NCBI GenBank assembly: GCA_965226885.1
Contig: CBDDEL010000012.1
Location: 160,001-224,000, forward strand
Length of the DNA stretch: 64,000 nt
Direction of reading: 5' to 3'
Source: Opitutales bacterium
GTDB taxonomy: Bacteria > Verrucomicrobiota > Verrucomicrobiia > Opitutales > UBA2987
Each line of letters begins with the position of its first letter. Position 1 is the stretch's first letter. Below, in pieces: positions 19,803 through 29,251 of the stretch. The translations under genes and the position numbers were made by a program. The notes under the pieces are model-generated. The model worked only from the letters and a program-made list of their open reading frames with translations, was not told the origin of the DNA and searched no databases.

Positions 19803-20863
19803 GTCTCGGGCCAGTTTTTGGAGGGGCAAATAAAGGAGCCTTCGGTTTTCGTCGCCAGAAGCCAATAGCTGGTGGCGGCGGCGGGGTCACCGCTTAATGG
19901 CAGCATGATTGTGTTGATGGGAATGCCCAGGGGGGCCTGGCGCAAGGCGGCGTTGTACATGCGCACTCTGGACTGCTGGTCGATGATGGGCCCGGCCGGC
20001 ACCGAATCGCTCAAGGTGGGCAGGCCGTCCACAAAGAGGATGAGGTTGTCCGGCTTGGGGTTCATGCCGCCGACATGGAAAAAAGCCCGTTCCAGGTTGG
20101 CTCCGCCCCGGGGGACGACTTCCTTCATTTTCCCCAGCGCTTCGGCCATGGTTTGCCGGTCCGAGATTTCCAGCCACTCACCCGCCCTGAGCGGAATGAC
20201 AGACTCAACTTCTTTGCTGAAGAATAGTATCTGGTAGGTGGTGGGCGGTTTGAGGGCGGTCAGCATCCATTCCAGGGCCCGCATGGTCTGCTTCCATTTG
20301 GGGGCCGCTCGTTTATCATCCTCGTTGCCGGCGAGCCGTTCGATGGCCCCGTCGATAGTGTCGTCGAGCATACCGCCGGAAGCTTCCACCAGAAAGAGGA
20401 CCCGTTCGCCATCGAGCTTGAAATCGGTCAGGTATTGGCGGCGGGTGGGGTTGGGCATGGGAATGGGCACTTCTTCGGGGACGGTGGGCAGGTGTTCCAA
20501 ATCACCCAGGAGGATCTCCCGCAGCTCCTCCATTTCGGAAAGTTGAGAGAGCATGAGGCTCAGGTCCGTCGTCCTGTCGGTCAAAGTGGTGGAAAAATCA
20601 ATCTCCTTGAACTTCAACTCCTGTAATCGTTTTTTGATCTCCTCAATGGAGCTGGCTAACTGCATAAGGAGCTTTTCCTCCCCCTGGATGTCCCTGCGCA
20701 ATCGACCCAGATCTATTTCCGTGTCGGAGAGTTGGTTAACCGTATCCGCCGACTTTTTTCCGCTGGTCAGGACGAAGAGCAGAATAATGGCTCCAAACCC
20801 ACAACAGATGACATCGAGAAAGGCCATGCTGAGGGGCTGGAGCGCTTTTTTCTTCCGGGCCAT
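19799..20863 (-). CDS. Membrane-anchored coiled-coil vWA protein (degenerate MIDAS)
   Basis: TM SMAFLDVICCGFGAIILLFV, coiled coil, FLVEASGGM, LFVDGLPT, INTIML. Confidence 0.8.
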   Translation of the reverse strand: MARKKKALQPLSMAFLDVICCGFGAIILLFVLTSGKKSADTVNQLSDTEIDLGRLRRDIQGEEKLLMQLASSIEEIKKRLQELKFKEIDFSTTLTDRTTDLSLMLSQLSEMEELREILLGDLEHLPTVPEEVPIPMPNPTRRQYLTDFKLDGERVLFLVEASGGMLDDTIDGAIERLAGNEDDKRAAPKWKQTMRALEWMLTALKPPTTYQILFFSKEVESVIPLRAGEWLEISDRQTMAEALGKMKEVVPRGGANLERAFFHVGGMNPKPDNLILFVDGLPTLSDSVPAGPIIDQQSRVRMYNAALRQAPLGIPINTIMLPLSGDPAAATSYWLLATKTEGSFICPSKNWPET

Positions 20864-20900
20864 GGTGGATGGGGTGTTTTGGCCGTAAAATTAAGTCAGA

Positions 20901-22391
20901 TTAGCCGGCACAATGAATAAGAAGCCATTGGGCCGTCGAAGTTCCATCCTCAAGGCCGAGGGCGAGGGTGAGAAGGTCGCCCGGTTTGAGAAATTCCCCG
21001 TTGGCGGCCGGTTGGCCGTTCAGGAGGAGGACTCCATTGGTGGAATTATCCAATTGGACCCGGCCATCGGAGTGGCGCGTGAGGGAGAAGCCCTCGGGAC
21101 AATTCTCAAAGGTTTCGCCGAGGTTAAAGCCGGACTGGCTGATGCGGCGCCCGATGCCGCCACAAACCACATGGGTGGGCGCCATTTCCCCCCCGGCCTC
21201 ATTATTTTTTTTGCTCGAAGGGACGGTAATATTATCGTCCGAAGGCTCCCTATTCATCTTTTCGCTGGCCGGGGCTAATCCCAATTGGTCGAGGTCGATG
21301 GCGGAAGTGATGCTCGCTTCCTCCAGGTTCTTGAATACCGAGGCGGTTTTGCCGATGAGGGCGGCTCCGCGAGCGGCCGAGCCAAATTCGGTTACGGTGA
21401 TGGAACAATCGATGGCGGATGCGATTTTTTCCGCGAGGCCCGGAATCTTGGCGGCCCGCTCACTGAAAATGAAGGGAATGCTTTTTATTTCCTCCGCAGT
21501 CCAGGATTCTTTGACGACTTTTCCCATTATCTGGGCCAGAGATTCGGTAACCGGTTCGAGGTATTTGGCCGCCATGTCTCGATAAACGGACATTTTCCTC
21601 GATCGCTTGAAGCTTTCCATCTCAATGGTGGCTTCTTCCCGATCCTTGAACCATTCCAGCAGGTTTTGAGTCTGGTTGTAGAATAGCTGTTCCGTTTTGG
21701 CTTCGTGGGTGACGTCGAAAGCGGTTTGGCTGAGAAAACTGTTGGCCAGTTTGGGGTTAAGTTCAGCAAAAATGTGGTGGAACCCGATGGGTGCGGTGGC
21801 CAGCCGGACGCTCCGCAGCAGGGGTTTCAACTGCAGGATGCTGAAGAAGGTGGACCGGGCATGGACATCTATATGGAAGGCCGTTGAGGCCCCGGCCCCG
21901 ATGCCGAGCGGTTTTATTTCCGCCGCCAGAGAGGCGCAGGCCATATCGACAATACCGGCCAGGGGGATGTTCAAGTCCTGCGTGAGTCCCAGAATGAGGC
22001 CGATTTTTTCATCATCGCCATCTTCCCCGGCGAGGTAATTGCCGGGCAGGGCGAATACCACTTTGCCCACCGGTCCGCCGGCCTGAATGTGCTTCCAGAT
22101 CATGCGCAGGTGGCGGTAGGCCAGTTCGGAATAGCGGGGGGCCTTGCCCGGCACATTGAGGTCGGAGAGCCGCAGCGACAACTGGTCCCAGCATTGATCG
22201 GTGACGTAGCGCGGGTAAACCCTGGACCTGATTTGAGCCTGCCGGCCACAAATATAGCGTTCGCCATCGTAATAGACAAACCCTGGGCTTCCTGTGCTGG
22301 AAGATTCCAGTTCTATATAATGGAATTTCGATTCAGCGGCTTCTACGGCGACAAAGCCTTCATCGCAAAATTCAATGCCTATGGTTCTCAT
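20901..22391 (-). CDS. Degenerate Hsp70/actin-like fold protein with C-terminal FHA-like domain
   Basis: IGIEF, SPGFVYYDGE..CGRQA, VVFALPGNY, HIDV, AARGAA track the DnaK nucleotide-binding domain; C-terminal NSTNGVLLLNG...LKPGDLL. Confidence 0.6.
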   Translation of the reverse strand: MRTIGIEFCDEGFVAVEAAESKFHYIELESSSTGSPGFVYYDGERYICGRQAQIRSRVYPRYVTDQCWDQLSLRLSDLNVPGKAPRYSELAYRHLRMIWKHIQAGGPVGKVVFALPGNYLAGEDGDDEKIGLILGLTQDLNIPLAGIVDMACASLAAEIKPLGIGAGASTAFHIDVHARSTFFSILQLKPLLRSVRLATAPIGFHHIFAELNPKLANSFLSQTAFDVTHEAKTEQLFYNQTQNLLEWFKDREEATIEMESFKRSRKMSVYRDMAAKYLEPVTESLAQIMGKVVKESWTAEEIKSIPFIFSERAAKIPGLAEKIASAIDCSITVTEFGSAARGAALIGKTASVFKNLEEASITSAIDLDQLGLAPASEKMNREPSDDNITVPSSKKNNEAGGEMAPTHVVCGGIGRRISQSGFNLGETFENCPEGFSLTRHSDGRVQLDNSTNGVLLLNGQPAANGEFLKPGDLLTLALGLEDGTSTAQWLLIHCAG

Positions 22392-22405
22392 GGGGCGCCT
22401 TTAGA

Positions 22406-23284
22406 TCAGGAAAAAGTGACCTCCGTTTCTTCCTGGTAGGGAATTTTCATGACTGCGATTAATTTTTCCCGGCAGTATTCCTCGACATCAAAAATGAGGC
22501 TCTCCTGGCGGGATTGCAGCAAATGGATGAAATACATGAGGAAAATGCTTAAAACCAGAGCGACGAAGGTTGAGTTGAAAGCCAGCCCGAGAGAGTTGGT
22601 GACGCCCTGAATGTCCCCGCGGATGGCCCGGTCGGCTTGGGCGAGGGCTTCGCCGATGCCCCTGACCGTGCCGATGAACCCGACCGAGGGTATGGCCCAG
22701 GCGATGTAGCGCACTAGCGATAAATCGGAATCCAGCCGGTCCGCCTCCGACTCTGAAATCTCGCGCACAGCCTGGGAGACATCCTGGATGGAATGGGTGG
22801 AATGAAACCTGTAAAGGCCGGTTAAAATAACGGATGGCAGCAGCTTGCCGATTAAATCGGGCGTATTTTTAAGGCGCGATTCGAGGTGTTTGCAATGACT
22901 GAGGGCTTCCAGGGGAATGATACGCTCGCCGCGATCGATATCGACATAGGTTTCCCCCATGACCTTCTTCTCTTTATAAACCAGGAAGAGCTTGTAAATA
23001 ATGATCGTCATGGCCCAGGAAAGGAGCACAAAGCAGCTTTCCTGCTCATAATTTTTAAGGATGATGTAAATATTGCGCTCCGGCACGTAACCTTCCTTGC
23101 CGCTGTCCTGGTCGCGCAATACCTGCTGGGTGATGGCAATGGTTTCCGCCTGGGGCCGTATATGCAGCGTGTAAATGGCGTGAATGATCACGAAAGAGAG
23201 GACCAGACCGAGGAACTGGACAATATTTTCCCTGGAAAAAAGCGTGTATTTTATATTTTTATTGGACATCTCATTTCTCTGCAA
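22406..23284 (-). CDS. MotA/TolQ/ExbB proton channel family protein
   Basis: IAWAIPSVGFIGTVRGI...LGLAFNSTFVAL; four TM segments. Confidence 0.88.
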   Translation of the reverse strand: MQRNEMSNKNIKYTLFSRENIVQFLGLVLSFVIIHAIYTLHIRPQAETIAITQQVLRDQDSGKEGYVPERNIYIILKNYEQESCFVLLSWAMTIIIYKLFLVYKEKKVMGETYVDIDRGERIIPLEALSHCKHLESRLKNTPDLIGKLLPSVILTGLYRFHSTHSIQDVSQAVREISESEADRLDSDLSLVRYIAWAIPSVGFIGTVRGIGEALAQADRAIRGDIQGVTNSLGLAFNSTFVALVLSIFLMYFIHLLQSRQESLIFDVEEYCREKLIAVMKIPYQEETEVTFS

Positions 23285-23714
23285 CCGATGAGCCGATTCT
23301 ATGGGTTACATTAATTAGAAAACCCGGAGGGCTTTTTATTTCCAAAAGGTATATTCCGGGTAGACTCTTGGCTTACGATTATTTTCCATGTTTAAATATT
23401 GTTATATAGAATAATACCGGACAAACTGAAATTGTTGCAAAATCAGGCAAAAAAAAAGGAAACGATGGGCAGCGCAACCATCCTTCTGACTTGGCAAAAG
23501 TGGAATACCCTTTTGTTTGCGGCTCGCAATGCTGGATGGATACCTCAAAATATTTTAAATTGGAAAAATCCCCTTAGAATCCATATTTTTTGTGCCCAGA
23601 TGCAAATATTACACTTTTCCATACCAAATCGGGAAGAAATCCGCTTGCAAAATACTCTATAAACTGTATAAAAGTTAAGGCCGCAACAGATATTTTTAGA
23701 TCAAGCTCATCAAT

Positions 23715-24284
23715 ATGAAATACAATACCTGCATTAACAAACTATTGGCCGGCTCGCTGGTCGCGCCTTTAATCTTTTTGAGCGGGTGCCAAACCAGCTC
23801 GCACACGACCAAGGGGGCCACCACCACCGCCGTGGCGGGCGGCGTCGCGGGCGGCATTATCGGGCACCAGAGCGGAGAAACCGGAGAGGGCATCATAATC
23901 GGTGCGCTCGGCGGGGCAGTCATCGGTGGGCTCATAGGAGCCGCCAAGGACGCCAAGGAAGCCCGTGAGCAGGAGCAAATTGCCCAGGAACGCGCCTACC
24001 AGCAGGAAATCGCCAAAATGCGCGAAATGGCCGCTCGCGAGGCCGCCACCCGCGAGGAGGAGCTGGCAATCGCCGAGGGTATGCGTATTACCGAGCGCGA
24101 ATTGATCGAGGCGGAGGATAAAGCCAAAGTGGCCGAAGCGCGCCTGAAAAAACTGCAAGCGGAACTGGCGACGGCCAAAAACAAGTCAACCTCCTTGCAG
24201 GACGCGGAGAAACGCATGTCCGAGGCCGAAGATAAAATACGCGAGCTGGAAGAAAAACTGAAAGAACTTAAAGGAGATGAGTGA
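23715..24284 (+). CDS. Glycine-zipper lipoprotein with long coiled coil
   Basis: Lipobox LSGC, GGVAGGIIG...GALGGAVIGGLIG, E/K/A-rich heptads. Confidence 0.8.
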   Translation: MKYNTCINKLLAGSLVAPLIFLSGCQTSSHTTKGATTTAVAGGVAGGIIGHQSGETGEGIIIGALGGAVIGGLIGAAKDAKEAREQEQIAQERAYQQEIAKMREMAAREAATREEELAIAEGMRITERELIEAEDKAKVAEARLKKLQAELATAKNKSTSLQDAEKRMSEAEDKIRELEEKLKELKGDE

Positions 24285-24370
24285 AGTCCGCCCACCCATT
24301 CAATCCCATTAAATCTCATTTAATTTATTTGTCCTAATCGTATCATAAAACTCTCAATCAGGAGGTCGCC

Positions 24371-25093
24371 ATGAATGGCATCCAGAAAATCCATCGCATA
24401 ATATTCATCTTTATTTCTGCCTTTTTTCTTGGTGGGTGCGCCTCGACCTATTCTTTTAAAGTGGATGCCATTAATAACCCGGAGGCCACCGAGTACCAAT
24501 CCTACAAAATTGTCAGTTCAAACCCGGAGGTGAGCGAGGAGGACTTGCAATTCAAGGAAGTGGCCGAATACGTCAAAACCTCCCTTTCCGGCAAAGGCCT
24601 CTACGAAGCGCCGGATATTGAAAGCGCTGACGCTGACATGATTGTGGATATTTCCTATGGCATCAGCGAACCGCAGGTCGATTTCAAAACCTACACGACG
24701 CCGGTTTATGCCATGGTCGGGGGCGGTTATCGAACCGTATCGACCCCCGTTGTCGGTCCGAATGGAAAGGTGCGCATGGTCACCACTACCATTTACATCC
24801 CACCCCGCAAACAAATTGTCGGGATGGAAGAGCAGATCGTCCCCATTACCAACTATGAGAAATTTCTCCGCATGACCTCTCGTGAAAACCAGGATGCCGA
24901 CGAAAGCGAGGGCCCCGTGCAGGTTTGGAGCATTTATGTAAAAAACAAGGATGAAAGTGAAGATCTTCGAAAATACCTCCCGCTGATGGCGGCTGCGTCC
25001 GTTGATTACGTGGGGGAAAATACGGAACAGCAGCAAGAGGTAAAAATCAAGGATACCGACGAATCGGTTGCCTTCATCAAGGAGGGCATGTAA
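24371..25093 (+). CDS. Lipoprotein, DUF4136-like
   Basis: Lipobox LGGC, AGGAGG RBS; paralogue of the next gene. Confidence 0.65.
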   Translation: MNGIQKIHRIIFIFISAFFLGGCASTYSFKVDAINNPEATEYQSYKIVSSNPEVSEEDLQFKEVAEYVKTSLSGKGLYEAPDIESADADMIVDISYGISEPQVDFKTYTTPVYAMVGGGYRTVSTPVVGPNGKVRMVTTTIYIPPRKQIVGMEEQIVPITNYEKFLRMTSRENQDADESEGPVQVWSIYVKNKDESEDLRKYLPLMAAASVDYVGENTEQQQEVKIKDTDESVAFIKEGM

Positions 25094-25186
25094 TACAAGA
25101 TCGGTTGCTGCCAGCCGGCGCCGGCGCTGGCGGATAGTAAGAATATTGAGGTTAAGGCAATTTAAATGAACCACAGGAGGCTGGCC

Positions 25187-25960
25187 ATGAAACAGGACAT
25201 TGGAGCGTGTTGGATAAAGATTTCCCTGTTTTTTGCGCTTGTCTTGCAGGGCGGATGCGAAACCACTTCCCACACTTTCAAGGTTAATGCCATGAAAAAC
25301 CCGGAGGTGGAGGAAGGCAGGTCGTATCGGATTGTCAGCTCGCATACTAACACGGTCGATGAAACGGATCCTCAATTCCATGAAGTCTCCGAATATGTAA
25401 AAACCGCATTATCCGGAAAAGGCTATTACGAGGCTCCCAATGCCGAGAACGCCGACCTGATCATCAATATCGCCTATGGCACGGCCCCCCCCAATATTTC
25501 TTTCAAGACGGTTAATAACCCGGCGGCTCCCGGTTCCATCCACAACCCTATTGGCAGCAGCACCTATCCCGGCTCCCGCTATCCCAGGAGGGGTTATTCG
25601 CGCGGGGGCATTCCCCCTATAGCCGGGCCGATCGGCCAGCCTGTGCAAGCTCCTCAAAACGAAGTCGTTCCGATTACCACCTACGAGAAGTATTTGCAAA
25701 TTACGGCCATCGACAACCGCACGGGCAAAAGCCTTGAAGACTCTCCCCATGCCTGGCAGGTGACCGTAAAAAACAGGGACGAAAGCGATGACATCGATAA
25801 ATATTTGCCCCTCATGGCGGCGGCTTCCATCACTTACGTCGGCCAGAGTACGGAAAGCCAGGAAGTTATCACCCTGAAAGAGTCGGACAGGGATGTTGCC
25901 TTCGTCAAAGCGAACAGTGCAGAAATGGTCAGGGAGCAAAAAGTCTCCAAGTTTCAGTGA
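25187..25960 (+). CDS. Lipoprotein, DUF4136-like paralogue
   Basis: Lipobox-like QGGC; shares EYVKT.LSGKG.YEAP, PIT.YEK, KYLPLMAAAS with the previous gene; AGGAGG RBS before ATG 25187. Confidence 0.65.
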   Translation: MKQDIGACWIKISLFFALVLQGGCETTSHTFKVNAMKNPEVEEGRSYRIVSSHTNTVDETDPQFHEVSEYVKTALSGKGYYEAPNAENADLIINIAYGTAPPNISFKTVNNPAAPGSIHNPIGSSTYPGSRYPRRGYSRGGIPPIAGPIGQPVQAPQNEVVPITTYEKYLQITAIDNRTGKSLEDSPHAWQVTVKNRDESDDIDKYLPLMAAASITYVGQSTESQEVITLKESDRDVAFVKANSAEMVREQKVSKFQ

Positions 25961-26077
25961 TTTCCCGTCTCACCGGAGGGGAAACTGGTTGAGGGTGCTG
26001 CAAAATATTTTAAGTTCTGCCAATGGATTTTTGCAAATGGATTTACAGGAGCGGCTGCCTGGGGTATTCATTTTTCA

Positions 26078-26482
26078 ATGAATATTTATACTCCTGAAAA
26101 TAGCCGGATTGTCCTCGAAACTGCCACTCGCGAGGTTATCGCGGAATTGGTGGGAGCTGGAATCGAGGGCACAACCGTCAACTACAGCATTGCCCATGTG
26201 AAAGTCCTGCCGGGCGGCTTGACACCGAAACACTTTCATCCCGATGTCGTCGAGACCTATTGCATCATCAATGGGCGCGGCCTCATGACACTGGACGGCG
26301 AAGAGGCGCAAGTGGGCCCCGGAGAGGTCATCCACATCAACCCGCCCAGCCACCACAAAATGGTCAACGCCTTCGAGGAAGACCTTGAAATGATCGTTGT
26401 GTGCGCCCCTTCCTGGACGCCGGATTGCACGGTTTGGCTGGAACAATGGCAGGACGGGCGTCTCGTTTCCCTGGAAACTTGA
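26078..26482 (+). CDS. Cupin domain protein
   Basis: PGGLTPKHFH..VETY...G.VIHINP..HH. Confidence 0.85.
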   Translation: MNIYTPENSRIVLETATREVIAELVGAGIEGTTVNYSIAHVKVLPGGLTPKHFHPDVVETYCIINGRGLMTLDGEEAQVGPGEVIHINPPSHHKMVNAFEEDLEMIVVCAPSWTPDCTVWLEQWQDGRLVSLET

Positions 26483-26511
26483 GATAGGTTCTACTGCTTG
26501 AGAAGCTGCCG

Positions 26512-27018
26512 GTGGATGAGATTTTCGATATCGTTGACGACCGTGATGAAGTGATCGGGCAGAGACCGCGCAGCGAAGTCCACCGTTTGGGACTCCGGCA
26601 CCGGGCCGTTCATATTTTGGTCTGCAACCGGCAGGGAGAGGTTTTTTTGCAAAAACGATCCATGAGCAAAGACACCCATCCCGGCACTTGGGATTCATCC
26701 GCGGCCGGTCATCTCGAAGCCGGGGAAGGTTATGATGAAGCAGCCGCCAGAGAATTGCAGGAAGAACTCGGCCTGTCACCCGGCGGTCTGCTGCAATACC
26801 TATTCAAGCTCGACGCAAGTCCCGCCACGGATGAGGAATTCTTGCAGGTTTACCGCATTGAAAATGAAGGACCCTTTACCCTGCAGGCCTCGGAAATAGT
26901 ATGTGGAGATTGGTTTTCTGCTGACAAAATCACGCAATGGATTGCGGAAAGGCCCGGCGATTTTCCCCGGGCCTTCATTCTCGTATGGAAAATTTATAAC
27001 GAACGGCAGACGCATTGA
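26512..27018 (+). CDS. NUDIX hydrolase (IDI/YfcD-like)
   Basis: HRAVH, LQKRS..K..PG.WD, GHLEAGEGYDEAAARELQEELG. Confidence 0.9.
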   Translation: MDEIFDIVDDRDEVIGQRPRSEVHRLGLRHRAVHILVCNRQGEVFLQKRSMSKDTHPGTWDSSAAGHLEAGEGYDEAAARELQEELGLSPGGLLQYLFKLDASPATDEEFLQVYRIENEGPFTLQASEIVCGDWFSADKITQWIAERPGDFPRAFILVWKIYNERQTH

Positions 27019-27053
27019 GCCGGAAAACAGCATCCAACATCCTGTTTCCCTCC

Positions 27054-27425
27054 CTACAATATATCCGAAGGAATCAAATCCCCATCCACAAAGCGGGGTA
27101 CGCAAAGGACGCACAGCCGGTTTCCCGAAGAGGTCTCCTCGATGACATGATGAACCCCCTTGGGGATGACGCAAAGCTCGTCCGCGCTTAATTCCTCGTT
27201 CCAGGTGCGGCCGTTTTCCGGGTTGTGGAATTTCAGCTTCACGGTGCCGTCGAGAACAAAATAGATTTCTTCAAACTTCTCGTGGTAATGCCCTTTTGTG
27301 GGCTGGCTGTTCGGTAGAACGGCCACGCTTAAGGAATCATAGTCATCGTCCGTCAGGATTTCATGAATGTTCCCGCAAGTATTGCTCGTTATGATGTGAT
27401 GGTCTTTGACTTTTTTGACAATCAT
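27054..27425 (-). CDS. Cupin domain protein
   Basis: GHYHEKFEEIYFVLDG...IPKGVHH; ATG 27425 preferred because 27485 overlaps the upstream gene. Confidence 0.82.
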   Translation of the reverse strand: MIVKKVKDHHIITSNTCGNIHEILTDDDYDSLSVAVLPNSQPTKGHYHEKFEEIYFVLDGTVKLKFHNPENGRTWNEELSADELCVIPKGVHHVIEETSSGNRLCVLCVPRFVDGDLIPSDIL

Positions 27426-27438
27426 TTTGGCCGCCGGT

Positions 27439-28383
27439 TTATTCCACTTCCTTCGGTTTGGTATAACTGCCCTCGTAAGGTTCACCAGTGCATTCGATTC
27501 CGCAGGTGTGCTGCAGGTTGGGAACCCGCGCTATGCATTCCAGCACGATGGGCACCGCCCCGGCGGTGATGCGTTGCACGCTGTTTTGCATGTCCTCGAA
27601 GGTGAAGGGGCGTGTGCCCACGGCAGGATTGGAGACGGAGTTGAGGAGCGCGAAATGGATTCCCAACTGTCGCGCGTAAATCGTTTCCGTGCCGACATTG
27701 TGGCTCACCCAGTCGGCCCCCATTTTGCGCATCATGCGGATTTCGGCTGGGGTCTCAAAACGGCCCGGGTCGTCCTGAATGATGACCCCGGATGTGTGGA
27801 TGCGGCCGTGATAACTCTTTTTGGCTTCTTCCATAAGCAGCCTCCGCAGGTCCGGGCAAAGGGGCACGGCAAAGTTCGGGAAAACGCCTTCTCGCACAAT
27901 GCCGGCAGCATTTAACACATTTTGCGGCCTTTGGTTGGCATAGAGGATTAAATCATCCGCGATGAGCAAGTCGTCGAAATCGTAACCGGTGTTGATGGCC
28001 CCGCCAGTGGCCCCGCCGAAGGCATGGGTGACACCCAATTGGTGCAGCGCCGCCCAGGTGGTGACAAATTCCCAACCCGTCTTCTGGTTTTCTTTTCTGC
28101 CCTCTTTCCCATGCATGCGGATATAGTAAAACGGCGTCCCCTTGTAACGCATGCGGTAAATGGGCGGGCTTTCCCCGGCCTCGGTTTGTACCGTAAAAGA
28201 GCCCTCCTCCTCCACCAAACCCTTGCCGAAATCCGGCGGGTAGCCAAAAGATGTGCCGCCCACCACCGCGATGGTGGTCTTTTCCTCGGCACCGAGATGT
28301 AACGGTATAGCCATGAAGGCCAATGCCACCAGACCCATGTGAAAAATGCAAATAAGATTTTTTTGTAGCTTCATTAATTTCAT
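27439..28383 (-). CDS. MTAP/MTIP-family purine nucleoside phosphorylase with signal peptide
   Basis: IAVVGGT, RMHG, ATGGAIN, GRFETPAEI, VSNPAVG; hydrophobic leader ending LGA|EEK. Confidence 0.82.
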   Translation of the reverse strand: MKLMKLQKNLICIFHMGLVALAFMAIPLHLGAEEKTTIAVVGGTSFGYPPDFGKGLVEEEGSFTVQTEAGESPPIYRMRYKGTPFYYIRMHGKEGRKENQKTGWEFVTTWAALHQLGVTHAFGGATGGAINTGYDFDDLLIADDLILYANQRPQNVLNAAGIVREGVFPNFAVPLCPDLRRLLMEEAKKSYHGRIHTSGVIIQDDPGRFETPAEIRMMRKMGADWVSHNVGTETIYARQLGIHFALLNSVSNPAVGTRPFTFEDMQNSVQRITAGAVPIVLECIARVPNLQHTCGIECTGEPYEGSYTKPKEVE

Positions 28384-28674
28384 AATTTCCTCCGTGTAGG
28401 TGGAACAGCCTGATTAATTCATTTCATTTGGCAATATTTCACTTGTAACTGCCCCTGCAAAATGTAGGTAGTTGTTTTAGAGCCTATGCTTGCTTAGTTT
28501 TTTCTATCTAAAATTATTGATTTGGAACGTTCCCCGATGAACGTGCCTAATATTGTCGGCTATGCCATTATCGAGATGGGGCCGAAAATTTGTTTTGATT
28601 TCACCTGAACGACTAATGTGTCGTTATTCCAGGTGAATTTAGCCGTTTTAAAAAATACCAAGCATAAGCATAAA

Positions 28675-29223
28675 ATGACTACTTCTCTTTTTGAACTCAA
28701 CACCGCCCGCCTTCGTTTAATCGCGGCCACCGCTGAAACCGTGAACGCGGAAATGAACGACCACAACCGATTGTCTCGGTTGCTGCGGGCCGATGTGCCC
28801 AAAAACTGGCCACCCGACTTGACCGAGGATGTGCTCGCATTCACGGCCCGTAAACTAAAAGCCAACCCGGCCGATACCGGCTGGTATTCCTGGTACATGG
28901 TCCTGGCCAAGGAATCGCCCGAAAACCCCGTAGTTATCGGAGTTTGCAGTTTTAAAGGACGGCCCAAGCGCGACGGTGTGGCCGAGATTGGCTATTCCGT
29001 TCTGCACCAGCATCGCAAAAAGGGATATACCACGGAAGCGGTTGGCCGTTTGCTGCAATGGGCTTTCGACCAGGGTGAGGTGAGGAAAATAATCGCGGAA
29101 ACATATCCAGATTTGCTAGCCTCGGTGCGGGTCATGGAGAAAAACGGTTTTCTCTTTTCCGGTCCCGGCTCCGAGGAAGGCGTGGTTCGCTACAGCAGAT
29201 CGCTCACTCGGGGCAGTCTTTAA
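28675..29223 (+). CDS. GNAT family N-acetyltransferase (RimJ/RimL-like)
   Basis: TARLRL, AEIGYSV..HRKKGYTTEA, SVRVMEKNGF. Confidence 0.88.
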   Translation: MTTSLFELNTARLRLIAATAETVNAEMNDHNRLSRLLRADVPKNWPPDLTEDVLAFTARKLKANPADTGWYSWYMVLAKESPENPVVIGVCSFKGRPKRDGVAEIGYSVLHQHRKKGYTTEAVGRLLQWAFDQGEVRKIIAETYPDLLASVRVMEKNGFLFSGPGSEEGVVRYSRSLTRGSL

Positions 29224-29251
29224 AAAAAGGCTGCTGGCAGATACCGTGACC

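Noticed and set aside
18804..23284. Zorya anti-phage system or flagellar stator
   Set aside because: No OmpA/MotB peptidoglycan-binding partner, no long ZorA tail, and no helicase, nuclease or flagellar genes
25110..25131. GC palindrome GCCGGCGCCGGC between the lipoprotein genes
   Set aside because: Single copy, no U tract; cannot be called a terminator or REP element
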